From IMG/VR virus record IMGVR_UViG_3300030329_004457, positions 28,325-92,324 of that record: a stretch of DNA of 64,000 nt. The stretch is one strand, 5' to 3'. Position 1 is the first letter of the stretch; every line of letters starts with the position of its first letter. The DNA comes from a virus. Both the position numbers and the translations under genes were made by a program. The notes under the pieces were generated by a model. The model worked only from the letters and a program-made list of their open reading frames with translations, was not told the DNA's origin and searched no databases. Shown here one piece after another: positions 36,055 to 47,000 of this stretch.

Positions 36055-38116
36055 TGTTGAAAAACCAGAACATGCTTGGCTAGAGTTGGAGCAGTCCGAT
36101 TTAAATGATATTAAGAACCCTCTTTTAGATTTAACACAAGATCAGCAAGACAATCTTCATTTACATGTATTGTCGTTGATGTCTAAGCCAGAATATTTTC
36201 AGTGGACTGTTAAACAACTTTTAAATATTGAATTGTTGCCAGAACAGGTAGCGATTTTGCAAGAGCTTTGGAATCGTGCGTTTCCAATGTATATTGCTTC
36301 TCGTGGATTTGGTAAATCATTTCTACTATCGGTATATGCCATCCTAAGATGTGTCTTAGTTCCTGATACTAAGATAGTTATTGTGGGTGCAGCTTTTAGA
36401 CAAAGCAAAGTTATTTTTGAATATATGGATACTATTTGGAGAAATGCTCCGATCTTACGTAGTGTGTGTGGTGATAATAGCGGTCCTCGTCGTGACGTAG
36501 ATCGTTGTACTATGAGAATTAATAATAGTTGGGCTATGGCAGTTCCTCTTGGAGATGGTAGTAAGATTAGAGGTTTGCGTGCTCATACAATTATTGCAGA
36601 CGAATTTAATTCTATTCCTGTTGATATTTATGAAACGGTTGTTGCGGGTTTTGCGGCAGTGTCAGCTAATCCAACTCAAAATGTAAAACAGGCTGCTCGT
36701 CGAAAAACTTTACAAGATGCCGGTAAATGGGATGAGTCAATGGAAATAGATTATAAAGATCGCCAAACAAATCAATCGATTATTGCTGGTACTTGCGGGT
36801 ATGGTTTTGAACATTTTGCTTCTTATTGGAAAAAATATAAATCAACCATTCAGACTAAGGGTGATTTTCACAAAGCGGCTCAAGACGCTGGGGATGACTC
36901 ATTAGAAAAAGTTCCTGAATATATGAAGCGTTTAGACTGGCATTCATTTTCTATTATGCGCATACCTTACGAACTTATACCAGAAGGCTTTATGGACGAT
37001 CAGCAAGTTGCACGTTCAAGAGCGACTATGCACAATGGTATTTATCAAATGGAATACGGAGCATGTTTTACATCAGACAGTCAAGGGTTCTTTAAACGAA
37101 GCTTGATAGAGGGTTGTGTTGCACATGATCGCAATTGCTCTACTTCTGGATGGTGTGGCTGGTGTTCTGATCCGTTTGATCCTATGACAAGAGGTAATCC
37201 AGATTTAAAATATGTAATAGGTATTGATCCGGCGTCTGAACAAGATAATTTTGCACTGGTTATCATTGAAGTACATCCTGAGCATCATCGCGTAGTATAT
37301 ACGTGGACCACTAATAAAAAGGACTTTCAGAGCCGAAAACGTATTGGTCTGACGGAAGAAAATGATTATTATAGCTTTTGTTGTAGAAAAATTCGAGAGC
37401 TTTATAAAGCCTTTCCATGTGTTAGAATTGGTATTGACTCACAAGGTGGTGGCTTTGCAATTGCGGAAGGATTAAGGGATAGCGATAAGATGTTTACGGG
37501 TGAGCGACCGATTTTACCAATTATCGAAGATAAAAAAGAAAAAGATACCGATAGGATTGCGGGAGATCATGTAATTGAGCTGGTTAATTTTGCTAAAGCA
37601 GAGTGGACATCTCAAGCTAATCACGGACTTAGAAAAGATATGGAAGATAAAGTATTATTATTCCCCAGATTCGATACTTTAAGTTTAAGTTTAATGAGTG
37701 AAAAGGATAAGATATCATTTCAACAATTAAAAGACAAAGTGGGAGAATCGAATGCTCTACGATTATATGATACATTAGAAGATGCTGTAATGGAAGTGGA
37801 AGAGCTAAAAGATGAGTTAGTAACTGTTGTAGTGTCTGTTACCGCCGGTGGTAGGGAAAGGTTTGATACTCCAGAAGTTAAAACAGATACTGGTAAAAAA
37901 GGACGTATGCGTAAAGATCGTTACAGTGCTTTAGTTATTGCTAATATGTTAGCTAGAGAACTACAAAGAGAAATTCCCGCCCCTATGTATAATAATATTG
38001 GCACGGTTATTACTCCCGGAGTTTTTGAAACAAGCCCGTCCAACCAAATGTATGTTGGTCAAGACTGGGCATCTAATATGAATCAGAGCACTTGCTTTGG
38101 AATTCGACGAAATTAA
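36044..38116 (+). CDS. terL: Terminase large subunit
   Basis: ASRGFGKSF Walker A, RGLRA..IIADEF Walker B, QMEYGA.F, nuclease GIDPA..DNF, KDRYSA. Confidence 0.9.
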   Translation: MTYNVEKPEHAWLELEQSDLNDIKNPLLDLTQDQQDNLHLHVLSLMSKPEYFQWTVKQLLNIELLPEQVAILQELWNRAFPMYIASRGFGKSFLLSVYAILRCVLVPDTKIVIVGAAFRQSKVIFEYMDTIWRNAPILRSVCGDNSGPRRDVDRCTMRINNSWAMAVPLGDGSKIRGLRAHTIIADEFNSIPVDIYETVVAGFAAVSANPTQNVKQAARRKTLQDAGKWDESMEIDYKDRQTNQSIIAGTCGYGFEHFASYWKKYKSTIQTKGDFHKAAQDAGDDSLEKVPEYMKRLDWHSFSIMRIPYELIPEGFMDDQQVARSRATMHNGIYQMEYGACFTSDSQGFFKRSLIEGCVAHDRNCSTSGWCGWCSDPFDPMTRGNPDLKYVIGIDPASEQDNFALVIIEVHPEHHRVVYTWTTNKKDFQSRKRIGLTEENDYYSFCCRKIRELYKAFPCVRIGIDSQGGGFAIAEGLRDSDKMFTGERPILPIIEDKKEKDTDRIAGDHVIELVNFAKAEWTSQANHGLRKDMEDKVLLFPRFDTLSLSLMSEKDKISFQQLKDKVGESNALRLYDTLEDAVMEVEELKDELVTVVVSVTAGGRERFDTPEVKTDTGKKGRMRKDRYSALVIANMLARELQREIPAPMYNNIGTVITPGVFETSPSNQMYVGQDWASNMNQSTCFGIRRN

Positions 38117-38185
38117 AAATAATGGTGTAATAATCAATAGGTATTGATATACCTTCAATAACTATTCTTTTTATAGGAAAACAAA

Positions 38186-40474
38186 GTGGCAAAAAAACCT
38201 TCTCCAAATGCTAAAACAAATTTTCCATCTGATGGGCCAGCATATGTAAGTTGGGCTGGCACTAAGGCACAGGAGGCAGAGTCCTTACAGGTTTATACAA
38301 ACGCTATTCAAGAAGCCGCTACTGCATCTCAAGGTTCTCGTACTAGAGATTTTTCTGATTTAACTACGCGATTAAGCGGCAAGCCGGGATTGCGCAACTC
38401 AGACTACGATCACTTTCGACCCGAACAGCAGGTTCCTGAAAAGCCAAAAGACATTATTGCGTTTGCGCGCGCTTCTTATAGAAGAATAGGTTTAATACGT
38501 AATGCTATTGATCTTATGGGTGATTTTGCTTGCCAAGGCGTACGATTAGTACATCCTAATAAGAGAGTCGAGAAGTTTTATAATGATTGGTTTTCTCGTG
38601 TGCAAGGAAAAGAAACTTCGGAAAGACTCTGCAATCTTTTATTTCGTGAGGCTAACGTACCTATAAGAATGCGCACTGCCAAAGTCAATAAACAAAAGCG
38701 TTTAGAAATGCAGCGTTCTGTTGCCTCTCCTGATATGAATGCAGATATTAAAATTTCTGATTTTTCTAAAGGCGAATTACCTTGGCAGTATTCTTTTTTA
38801 GATCCTTTAACCCTTGAATTGGTAGGTGGTCCTTTGGCGGTACTCTCTGATAGTCGTCAATATATGATTAAACTACCTCGTAACTTAGTTAACTTAATTC
38901 GAAAAGCTCGTAATTCTACTGACCCTCTCGAACGTGACTTATTAAATCAGCTGTCTCCTGAGATTCTGCAAGCTGCTGAAAGTAACCAAAGTGTCTTACT
39001 TCCTCCCGAAAAGACCTTTGTTTATTTTTATAAAAAAGACGATTGGCAGGAATGGGCCGACCCTATGACTTATGCGTGTTTTAATGACCTCATTCTGTAC
39101 GAAAGACTTAAATTAGCAGACAAAACCGCTTTAGACGGTGCAATTTCTAAAATTCGGATTTTTAAACTGGGTAGTTTAGATCATAAACTTGCTCCGACTC
39201 CCGCCGCCGCTTCTACGCTACAATCTATTTTAGGGTCTAATGTCGGAGGAGGCACTACCGATATAGTATGGGGACCAGATATTGAATTACTGGAAACCGG
39301 CACAGACATTCAAAGATTTTTAGGTGAAGAGAAATATCGACCTACGCTAATGGCTATCTATGCTTGTTTAGGTATTCCTCCAACCCTTACGGGTACGTTT
39401 GGAGCCACGGGAACGACTAACAACTTTATTTCTTTGAAAACTTTAACCGAACGGTTAAGTTATGTGCGTAATACAGTTTTACAGTTTTGGAATCATCAAT
39501 TAAAATTAGTACAACACGCGATGGGTTTTCGATTTCCCGCACAGGTGGAATTTGATTTTATGTATCTGGATGATCCTGCTGCAATGACTAATTTACTATT
39601 GTCTATGGCAGATCGAAATATTGTAAGTGATGAGTTTGTACAACGACATATTAAAGCCAAGCCCGAAATTGAACAAAGGCGCGTTATGTCTGAAAACAAA
39701 TCTAGAGATACTAAAAAGATTGAAAAGGTGAGTCCATATCATGCTGTGGATAAACAACATAGCTTAGAAAAGATTGCCTTACAGACCGGTATTGTGTCTC
39801 CAAGTCAGGTGGGGGTTGAACTAAAAGATAAGAATGGTGATGAGTCAGCTTTGGAAATGAGGCGTCCGCACAAACAGGACAGTCCTTCCGAATCTGAACC
39901 TCCTAATAATGACGATACCGAACTTGATGATGACAATAGGGGTGGTGGAGAACCCGGAAGACCCAAAAATTCGCGTGATGTAGGGCCTCGAAAAACCAAA
40001 GAATTTAAACCGAAGAATAAAGCAGCTGTAGAACTTTGGGCTAAGGGAGCACAAGACAAACTGTCTGAAATACTTAATCCCGGTCTATTAAAACAGTTTA
40101 ATAAAAAGAATATGAGAAGTTTGACATTGCAAGAATTTAATCAAGCAGAACAAATTAAATTTTCGGTTTTATATTATTGTGATTATTTACAACCCATTAA
40201 TCATAGCACAATTTCGCAAGCATTAAGTCAAAAGCTGCCCAATGGTGTATTAGAAGAATGTGAATCATGGATCAATAACGCTGCTGATGATATGGATAGA
40301 AAATTAAGTATTGACGAAATTAGAAATATAAGAGCGGCTTTCTATGCTGAACAATATACCTCCGAAGGCAAGTATGCATATAGGGATGTCAGAACTGGAC
40401 AAATCTACTACTATAGTCGCATTGGGGTGTATAAAAAAAATGGTCGTGTATTAGTGTTGGTTCATAATCCATAG
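38186..40474 (+). CDS. Portal protein
   Basis: Follows TerL; Y...GLIRNAID.M..F N-terminal pattern; LGIP; low-complexity charged C-terminus. Confidence 0.75.
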   Translation: MAKKPSPNAKTNFPSDGPAYVSWAGTKAQEAESLQVYTNAIQEAATASQGSRTRDFSDLTTRLSGKPGLRNSDYDHFRPEQQVPEKPKDIIAFARASYRRIGLIRNAIDLMGDFACQGVRLVHPNKRVEKFYNDWFSRVQGKETSERLCNLLFREANVPIRMRTAKVNKQKRLEMQRSVASPDMNADIKISDFSKGELPWQYSFLDPLTLELVGGPLAVLSDSRQYMIKLPRNLVNLIRKARNSTDPLERDLLNQLSPEILQAAESNQSVLLPPEKTFVYFYKKDDWQEWADPMTYACFNDLILYERLKLADKTALDGAISKIRIFKLGSLDHKLAPTPAAASTLQSILGSNVGGGTTDIVWGPDIELLETGTDIQRFLGEEKYRPTLMAIYACLGIPPTLTGTFGATGTTNNFISLKTLTERLSYVRNTVLQFWNHQLKLVQHAMGFRFPAQVEFDFMYLDDPAAMTNLLLSMADRNIVSDEFVQRHIKAKPEIEQRRVMSENKSRDTKKIEKVSPYHAVDKQHSLEKIALQTGIVSPSQVGVELKDKNGDESALEMRRPHKQDSPSESEPPNNDDTELDDDNRGGGEPGRPKNSRDVGPRKTKEFKPKNKAAVELWAKGAQDKLSEILNPGLLKQFNKKNMRSLTLQEFNQAEQIKFSVLYYCDYLQPINHSTISQALSQKLPNGVLEECESWINNAADDMDRKLSIDEIRNIRAAFYAEQYTSEGKYAYRDVRTGQIYYYSRIGVYKKNGRVLVLVHNP

Positions 40475-40483
40475 GGTATTTCT

Positions 40484-42082
40484 ATGAGTAATAAAATTCA
40501 AATTTTTAAAGCTGAAGAAGATGCGGGTTTAAAACATATTATCGAATCCAATGCATCTATAGCATATCAAGCACCGGCTTTGTTACATCCACAATGTGAC
40601 GAAGACATAGCGTGTTCGTTAAAGGCCACCACGCCCGACCATCTTCCTGCTTTTGTCAAAGCTGCTCAGACCGATGATGATATCTATCATGTGTACTCTA
40701 TTTTAGTTAGTACTTCATGGAATAAAAATGATGATGTCTTTCATAAAGATGAGGTATGGGCTTCTAAAGATACCCCTAAATATAAACCAACCAATTTAGA
40801 ACATGATGAAAAACAAATTGTCGGTGGTATTATTGATAATTGGGCAGTAGATCAAAATTTTGATTTAATTGATGAAAATAGCGACACTAATACTCTTCCC
40901 GATTACTATCATATATTAGTGTCTTCTGTTATATACAGACAATGGCAAGATCCCGAATACCGAGATCGTGTTATGGACCTTATTGAGAAGATTGAGGCAG
41001 GAGAAAAATATGTCTCTATGGAATGTATGTTTAGTGGATTTGATTATGCTGTAGTTGATCCTAATGGAAAGCATCATGTATTGTCTCGAAATGATGATAC
41101 TGCGTTTTTAACTCAGCATTTACGGTCTTATGGTGGAACAGGCGCTTATCAAAATCATCAAGTAGGACGTTTATTGAGAAATATTACTTTTAGTGGTAAG
41201 GGTTTTGTAGATAAACCAGCTAATCCTCAAAGTATTATTTTTGATAAAAACAAAACCTTTGAGTTTAATAAGGCCTCTATTTCTGATAAAAGTAGCCTTT
41301 TTACCAAGAATGGTGTAGTACTACAAGTAGATAACTCTAACATTTTGAATACACAGGAGAGCTATGATATGTCGAATGAAATTTTAAATGATCAGATTGC
41401 AGAGCTAAAGGTCAGTCTCGAATCTGTGCAAGCAGAGAATAAGGCTTTGACTGATAAGTTGGCCGAAGCAAACATTGAGAAATATGAGCAAAGTATCAAA
41501 GAGCAAGCTGAAGAGCTTAGCGTTAGCGCTGACAAGGTTACGTCGTTGACCCAACAGTTGGAAGACGCACAGAGTACTATTGCTGATCTTAATACTAAAT
41601 TTGAAACAGTAAGTGAGGCACATGATAAGCTTGTATCTCATATTGCTGAGATGGAAGCTTCCGAAAAGATTCGTTCTCGTAAGTCTTTACTTTCTAGCGC
41701 TGGTTTCAGTGATGAAGAAGTAGAAGCGAAAATGGAAACTTTTGGAGAGTTAACTGATGAGCAATTTACGGCTTTGGTTCAAACTTTAGCTAGTTATGTA
41801 GCTGAAAACACTAAAGTTGACAACAGCGACGATAGTGCCGCTGAGATTGTTGCAGAAGAAGTAGTTGATGAGACTGCTGATTCTGAAACTGTAGAGGCTG
41901 CTGAAGAAGTAGTTGATACAGAAGTTTTAGAAACTGTTGAGGCAGAAGAGACCTCTACATTGTCCGTTGCATCAGATGCCAGTGTTGGCTCAGACGATGG
42001 AATCGAAACTGTGCGTGCCGGTCTTCAAGATTGGGTAAGTACGGTCGTTTTAAATACCACCAATTCAAAATCGGGAGAGTAA
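40484..42082 (+). CDS. Prohead protease/scaffold protein
   Basis: WNKNDD.F, NLEH, VSMEC, FSGKG.V..PANP; acidic coiled-coil C-terminus; between portal and capsid. Confidence 0.7.
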   Translation: MSNKIQIFKAEEDAGLKHIIESNASIAYQAPALLHPQCDEDIACSLKATTPDHLPAFVKAAQTDDDIYHVYSILVSTSWNKNDDVFHKDEVWASKDTPKYKPTNLEHDEKQIVGGIIDNWAVDQNFDLIDENSDTNTLPDYYHILVSSVIYRQWQDPEYRDRVMDLIEKIEAGEKYVSMECMFSGFDYAVVDPNGKHHVLSRNDDTAFLTQHLRSYGGTGAYQNHQVGRLLRNITFSGKGFVDKPANPQSIIFDKNKTFEFNKASISDKSSLFTKNGVVLQVDNSNILNTQESYDMSNEILNDQIAELKVSLESVQAENKALTDKLAEANIEKYEQSIKEQAEELSVSADKVTSLTQQLEDAQSTIADLNTKFETVSEAHDKLVSHIAEMEASEKIRSRKSLLSSAGFSDEEVEAKMETFGELTDEQFTALVQTLASYVAENTKVDNSDDSAAEIVAEEVVDETADSETVEAAEEVVDTEVLETVEAEETSTLSVASDASVGSDDGIETVRAGLQDWVSTVVLNTTNSKSGE

Positions 42083-42084
42083 AC

Positions 42085-42537
42085 ATGGCATTAAGACCAG
42101 ATAGAAATGAAGTTGTAACTGATATTAGCTTTTTCATGAACGAAACGGCTGAGAGAGGCTTAATTGTAGCTGCAAGCACGCAGGGTTCGGGAGCGGCAAT
42201 GGACGATTCCACCGCTGCTGTTAAAGTTGTTTCTGCTGCTGCCGATGAGCCTGTAGGTCTCTTGTTGAATGATGTTGTCGATCTTGACCTTACTCGTCAG
42301 CATATTAATTATGGCAAAGACGAAGTGCAAAAAGGCGGTAAAGTTGCCATATTGCGCGTGGGTACTGTTGTTACGGACCAGATCTCGGGTTCGATTACTT
42401 TGGGCGAAGAAGCTTTCTTTTCTGCCGATGGTAAATTGACATCGAAAACGGCATTTTCCGGTTCGACACAGGTTGGTCGTTGGCTGTCTAAGAAAGACGC
42501 TGATGGTTTTGCTAAAGTCGCAATTAACATTGTTTAA
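42085..42537 (+). CDS. Head decoration/cement-like protein
   Basis: Start at ATG 42085 after GGGAG; directly upstream of the MCP. Confidence 0.6.
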   Translation: MALRPDRNEVVTDISFFMNETAERGLIVAASTQGSGAAMDDSTAAVKVVSAAADEPVGLLLNDVVDLDLTRQHINYGKDEVQKGGKVAILRVGTVVTDQISGSITLGEEAFFSADGKLTSKTAFSGSTQVGRWLSKKDADGFAKVAINIV

Positions 42538-42570
42538 TATTTATTTAATAATATAAAGGGAGAGAATAAT

Positions 42571-43578
42571 ATGTCTCATAGCAAATATTTTGAACCTACT
42601 CCAGAAATGAATGAGCTTCTCACCAGAGCTGGCTCAATGAATCGAGAGGAGTCTCTTGCTGCGACTCGTGAATTGGCGAAAGCGCTTGAGCTTCCCCTTC
42701 GTAAGGGTGTCATGAGCGGTGACATTCTTGGTGGTATCTTTGAGGCCATTCAGTTGGGTCCGGGTGCTACGTCTGAATTTCCGCTTGACTTTTTAGCTCC
42801 GGGTACTGAGAAGGAGTTTGTGGCTTATACAATTCCCAACCATGGTCGTATTCCAGAACGACATGTTGAAGGTGACTATGTTATGGTTCCTACATATGAT
42901 GTGGGAGCATCCATTGACTGGTTGCTGAAGTATGCTCGCGATGCTCGATGGGATGTTGTTGGTCGCGCTTTAGATGTTCTTCAAGGTCAGTTTACTAAAA
43001 AAATTAATGACGATGGGTGGCATACGCTTATTTCTGCTGGGGCGGATCGTAATGTTATGATCTACGATGCAGATGCCTCCGATGGTCAGTTTAGTAAGAG
43101 GCTGGTTTCACTTATGAAAGTAGTGATGCGACGAAATGGTGGGGGTAATTCCACTTCGATCAATCGAGGCCAATTAACTGACTTGTACCTTAGCCCTGAA
43201 GGTATTGAAGACATTCGCAATTGGGGTGTTGATGAAGTTGATCCCACAACTCGACGCGAGTTGATTGTGAGCGACAGCGGTCTTTTGACTCGCATCTTTA
43301 ATGTTAACCTCCACACTCTGGATGAGCTTGGAGAAAGTCAGGAATATCAGAATTTCTATACTGCTGATCTTTCTGGTACTTTCCCCGGTTCGAAGAAAGA
43401 ATTGGTTGTAGGTCTCGACCTTAGCAATCGCGATAGTTTTGTTATGCCTGTGCGTGCTCCTGTAGAAGTCTTTGAAGATGATACACTACATCGTCAACGA
43501 CGCGCTGGTCTTTATGGCTGGGCAGAGCATGGATTTGCCGCTTTGGATACCCGACGTGTATTGTTAGGATCATTCTAA
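42571..43578 (+). CDS. Major capsid protein
   Basis: 335 aa, HK97-like size and position, strong RBS, followed by terminator. Confidence 0.8.
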   Translation: MSHSKYFEPTPEMNELLTRAGSMNREESLAATRELAKALELPLRKGVMSGDILGGIFEAIQLGPGATSEFPLDFLAPGTEKEFVAYTIPNHGRIPERHVEGDYVMVPTYDVGASIDWLLKYARDARWDVVGRALDVLQGQFTKKINDDGWHTLISAGADRNVMIYDADASDGQFSKRLVSLMKVVMRRNGGGNSTSINRGQLTDLYLSPEGIEDIRNWGVDEVDPTTRRELIVSDSGLLTRIFNVNLHTLDELGESQEYQNFYTADLSGTFPGSKKELVVGLDLSNRDSFVMPVRAPVEVFEDDTLHRQRRAGLYGWAEHGFAALDTRRVLLGSF

Positions 43579-43614
43579 AGCCGAAAATGGTTAACAAATC
43601 GTTAAGCTGGAATG

Positions 43615-43651
43615 TCCGGTGGTGGCACATTATGCTGCCACCGGATTTTTT
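43615..43651 (+). terminator. Intrinsic terminator after the MCP
   Basis: TCCGGTGGTGGCA-loop-TGCTGCCACCGGA-TTTTTT. Confidence 0.85.
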
Positions 43652-43676
43652 ATTATAAGTTTAGGAGGCAAATTGA

Positions 43677-43994
43677 ATGGCTTTATTTTCAATTGAGATT
43701 GCCGATGATCAAGTTGATAGGGTGGTTGATGCGTTATGTGCCAATTATCACTATCGATCTCAGATTTCAAATCCAGATTATGATCCTGCTTTAGAAGATC
43801 CAGAGGGTGCGGATTATGATCCTACTACTAATCCTGAAATTATTGACAATCCTGAAACAAAAAATGCATTTGCAAATAGAATGGTAAGAGACTATTTGAT
43901 TAATAATACAAAAGCATATGAAATTCAACAACTTAAAGCCAATGCTCTTAGTGCTTTAGCGGAGAATCCAGCCATTTCTGATCCTAACGTTTAG
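43677..43994 (+). CDS. Hypothetical virion-associated protein
   Basis: 105 aa, AGGAGG RBS. Confidence 0.65.
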   Translation: MALFSIEIADDQVDRVVDALCANYHYRSQISNPDYDPALEDPEGADYDPTTNPEIIDNPETKNAFANRMVRDYLINNTKAYEIQQLKANALSALAENPAISDPNV

Positions 43995-44045
43995 TTTTAT
44001 AAAAAATTAACGCACATAGTTTTAAAAACGTAGGAAAGGTTTTTC

Positions 44046-47000
44046 ATGGCAACTCTACCGTTAAAATTATTAGATCGCGCTAAAGAAGCATGTCGTGGAG
44101 TCAGTACTGGCGTAGCAGATTCTATTATATTGCAAGGGCCTGCTGATGGATTTGTAGCCATTTCTGGCATAGGAGACGGAACGAATACCTACTATACCTT
44201 ACAAGATGCCCATTCTTGGGAAGTAGGATTGGCTACTTATGCTACTGGAGCTGCTTATCCAGTAGATCAGACTAGCTATGGTCGTTTAATTCGAGGAGAG
44301 ATTCTTGCTAGTTCAAATAGCGGTAATGCTATATCTTTAGCTTCAGATGCTACAGCTGATGTTTTTATTACATTACCAGCTGATAAATCAATAGCAATTA
44401 CTTCCGGTGCTGTTTTGCAAGAAGGAAGTATTTTATTTTCTGATAATGGATCGGGTATTGTAGATGGGTCTGCTAATTTAACTTATTCTGGATCTCCTCT
44501 CACACTTACAGTTAATAGTGGTAATCTGTCTTTTAATACGGGTAATCTTGACCAGCTTATATTTACAGATAATATCGTTAAGATAGGAGAAAGGGCAGTA
44601 GGAGAAGACTTTACTAGTAGTTTAGGAGTAGCGATTGGATACTATGCTGGTGGAAAAAATGCTGGCACTAGAAATATTGCGATAGGGCATAGAGCAAATT
44701 ATAATAACGAAACCTCCTACTATGTCTGTAGTGTAGGCGATCAAGCGGGCTTAGACTCACATAATACTAACTTTTCCACAAATATAGGATATGTGGCTGG
44801 CTACAACAGTTCAGGTACAACGCAATCCAATTTTGGTATGACTGCTGGCTATATGGCGAAGGGTGAATATCTCATTAATATAGGCTATAAGGCGGGCCAA
44901 CAAAGTGTAGGTGACAATAGCGTATATATAGGACAATTGGCGGGATATAAAAACGAAGGCAATAACAATATAGAAATTGTAACCAATAGTGGTATTATTA
45001 ATAATAATTTTAGCAATAGGGTTAATATTGAAAATGTTATTCTGTCAGATACTACTAATAAAAAAGTTGCCATCGGAGATGTTGGAACGGGTAGTTTAAC
45101 AACAGCTCTTGAGCCTAATGCGATATTAGATGTGATTACGACAGGAGCAATAGGGACCAGTATTCCGGTATTTAGAGTGGCTGGTACTGGAGGTAGCTTA
45201 ATATCTACTTATGATAATGTAAGTACAGGTGTTATTTTTAGCGTATCAAATGTCGATGGATTACCCCTAATTGCTGCGGATGCGAGCGGCGATGTAACTT
45301 TAATTGAAAATGGTAGATATGTAGGAATTGCTACTGGAACACCACAATATCAATTAGACGTAAATGGAACTGGTAATTTTGCTAGCGGTGTTCTTGTAGC
45401 TAATGGGGCAGCTTCTATAGATAGCGATGGCAATGCAACATTTAAGAATTTGGTTAGCGATGGTAATTTGACTGTTAGCGGAACCTTGACGTACATTGAT
45501 AGTACTACTGTGACTATAGGAGATAAACAATTAGAGTTAGCTTCTAATAGTGGAGCGGCAGTAGGCAATGATACTTCTGTACACGATGGAGGGCTTGTTT
45601 TAAAGTCCACTGATGGCGATAAAAAATGGACGTGGCAAAATAACGCTTATTGGGATGAGTGGCTTTCGAGTGAACATGTTCATGTTACGGGCAATAAGGC
45701 TTTGCGTGCTGGTCCGACTGGCTCATATGGCAATCCGCTTTTGCTATATAATTGGACGAATCGTGGGAATCTTGTATTAGGAGATGGTCCTCACGTCGTG
45801 CCCAACAATGCGAGTGGGTGGTTGATTATGAATCACGGTTGGGATCACAATGGCGGTGTGATTAGTGGTGTCGCCAACATTGATGCTTATAGCGGCAACT
45901 TTCAAAACCTAACTGTGTCTGGCACGCCAATGACGGTTTCTTCCAATGACAAGGGAGAAGCTACATTGGCTGGAGTAGGATCAATTTCGCTCCTACCTTC
46001 TGGCGCAAGCAGTCCATTGGAAATTAAAGGCGCTTCTGATGCGTGTATTACTTTTCCTGACGGAACTGTCCAATGCACCTCTCCTACCGGATGCTGTTCG
46101 GGTATAACAAACGACATTACTACGATTGAGACGGCGCTGAACGGTATAACTGGCTGTGGTTTAAGTTGTAGTACGTTTAATACCGTTTCAGGTATTGCAG
46201 ATACTGCATGGTTGACTAGCGTTGCAAACGAAGTTGATATTACGACAATAACGGGTGCTCTTGACGGAATAACTGGCTGTGGGTTAAGTTGTACGGGAGT
46301 GACTGGTGAATTTAGGTTCGATGGACGCGTGGACTTCTATGAACACGTAACGCTGTGGGATACATTAACCGTGGGTGGCGATGTCATTTTCGACTCCGGC
46401 GTGACCATAATGGAGGATCTTGAATTCTACTGCGGTGATGGCTTTTGGACTACTATAGCTTGTACCGGACATGGTAATCTTAACATTCCCTCTGGCAACG
46501 TATACGTAAATAACATTTATCAAACTGGATATTTTTATGATGTTGATGTAACCAATAATCTACTCATAGATAACAATTTATATGTAACTGGCAATGTTTA
46601 TAATACGAATATTAATACTACTGGATATTTTTACAACATAGACATAACCAACACTGCCATTATAGATAATAATCTGTTTGTGTATGGTAATATTTATAAT
46701 AATACTATTTATCAAACTGGACATTTTTATGACATAGATGTAACCAATAATGTCCTCATAGATAACGATCTATATGTAACTGGCAATTTTTATATCCACA
46801 ATATTAATAGCACTGGATATTTTTATGATATTGACGTAACAAACAATGCATATTTTACACATATTGGACTTAACCAAACCAGTATTGTGTCTATTTTAGA
46901 TATTCGCTCAATAAATATTACAGATATAGATATTCGCATTCAACAAATTGCTAATCAGACAGCTAACTTTATGTCGATTGTTGATATTAATAATAACGAA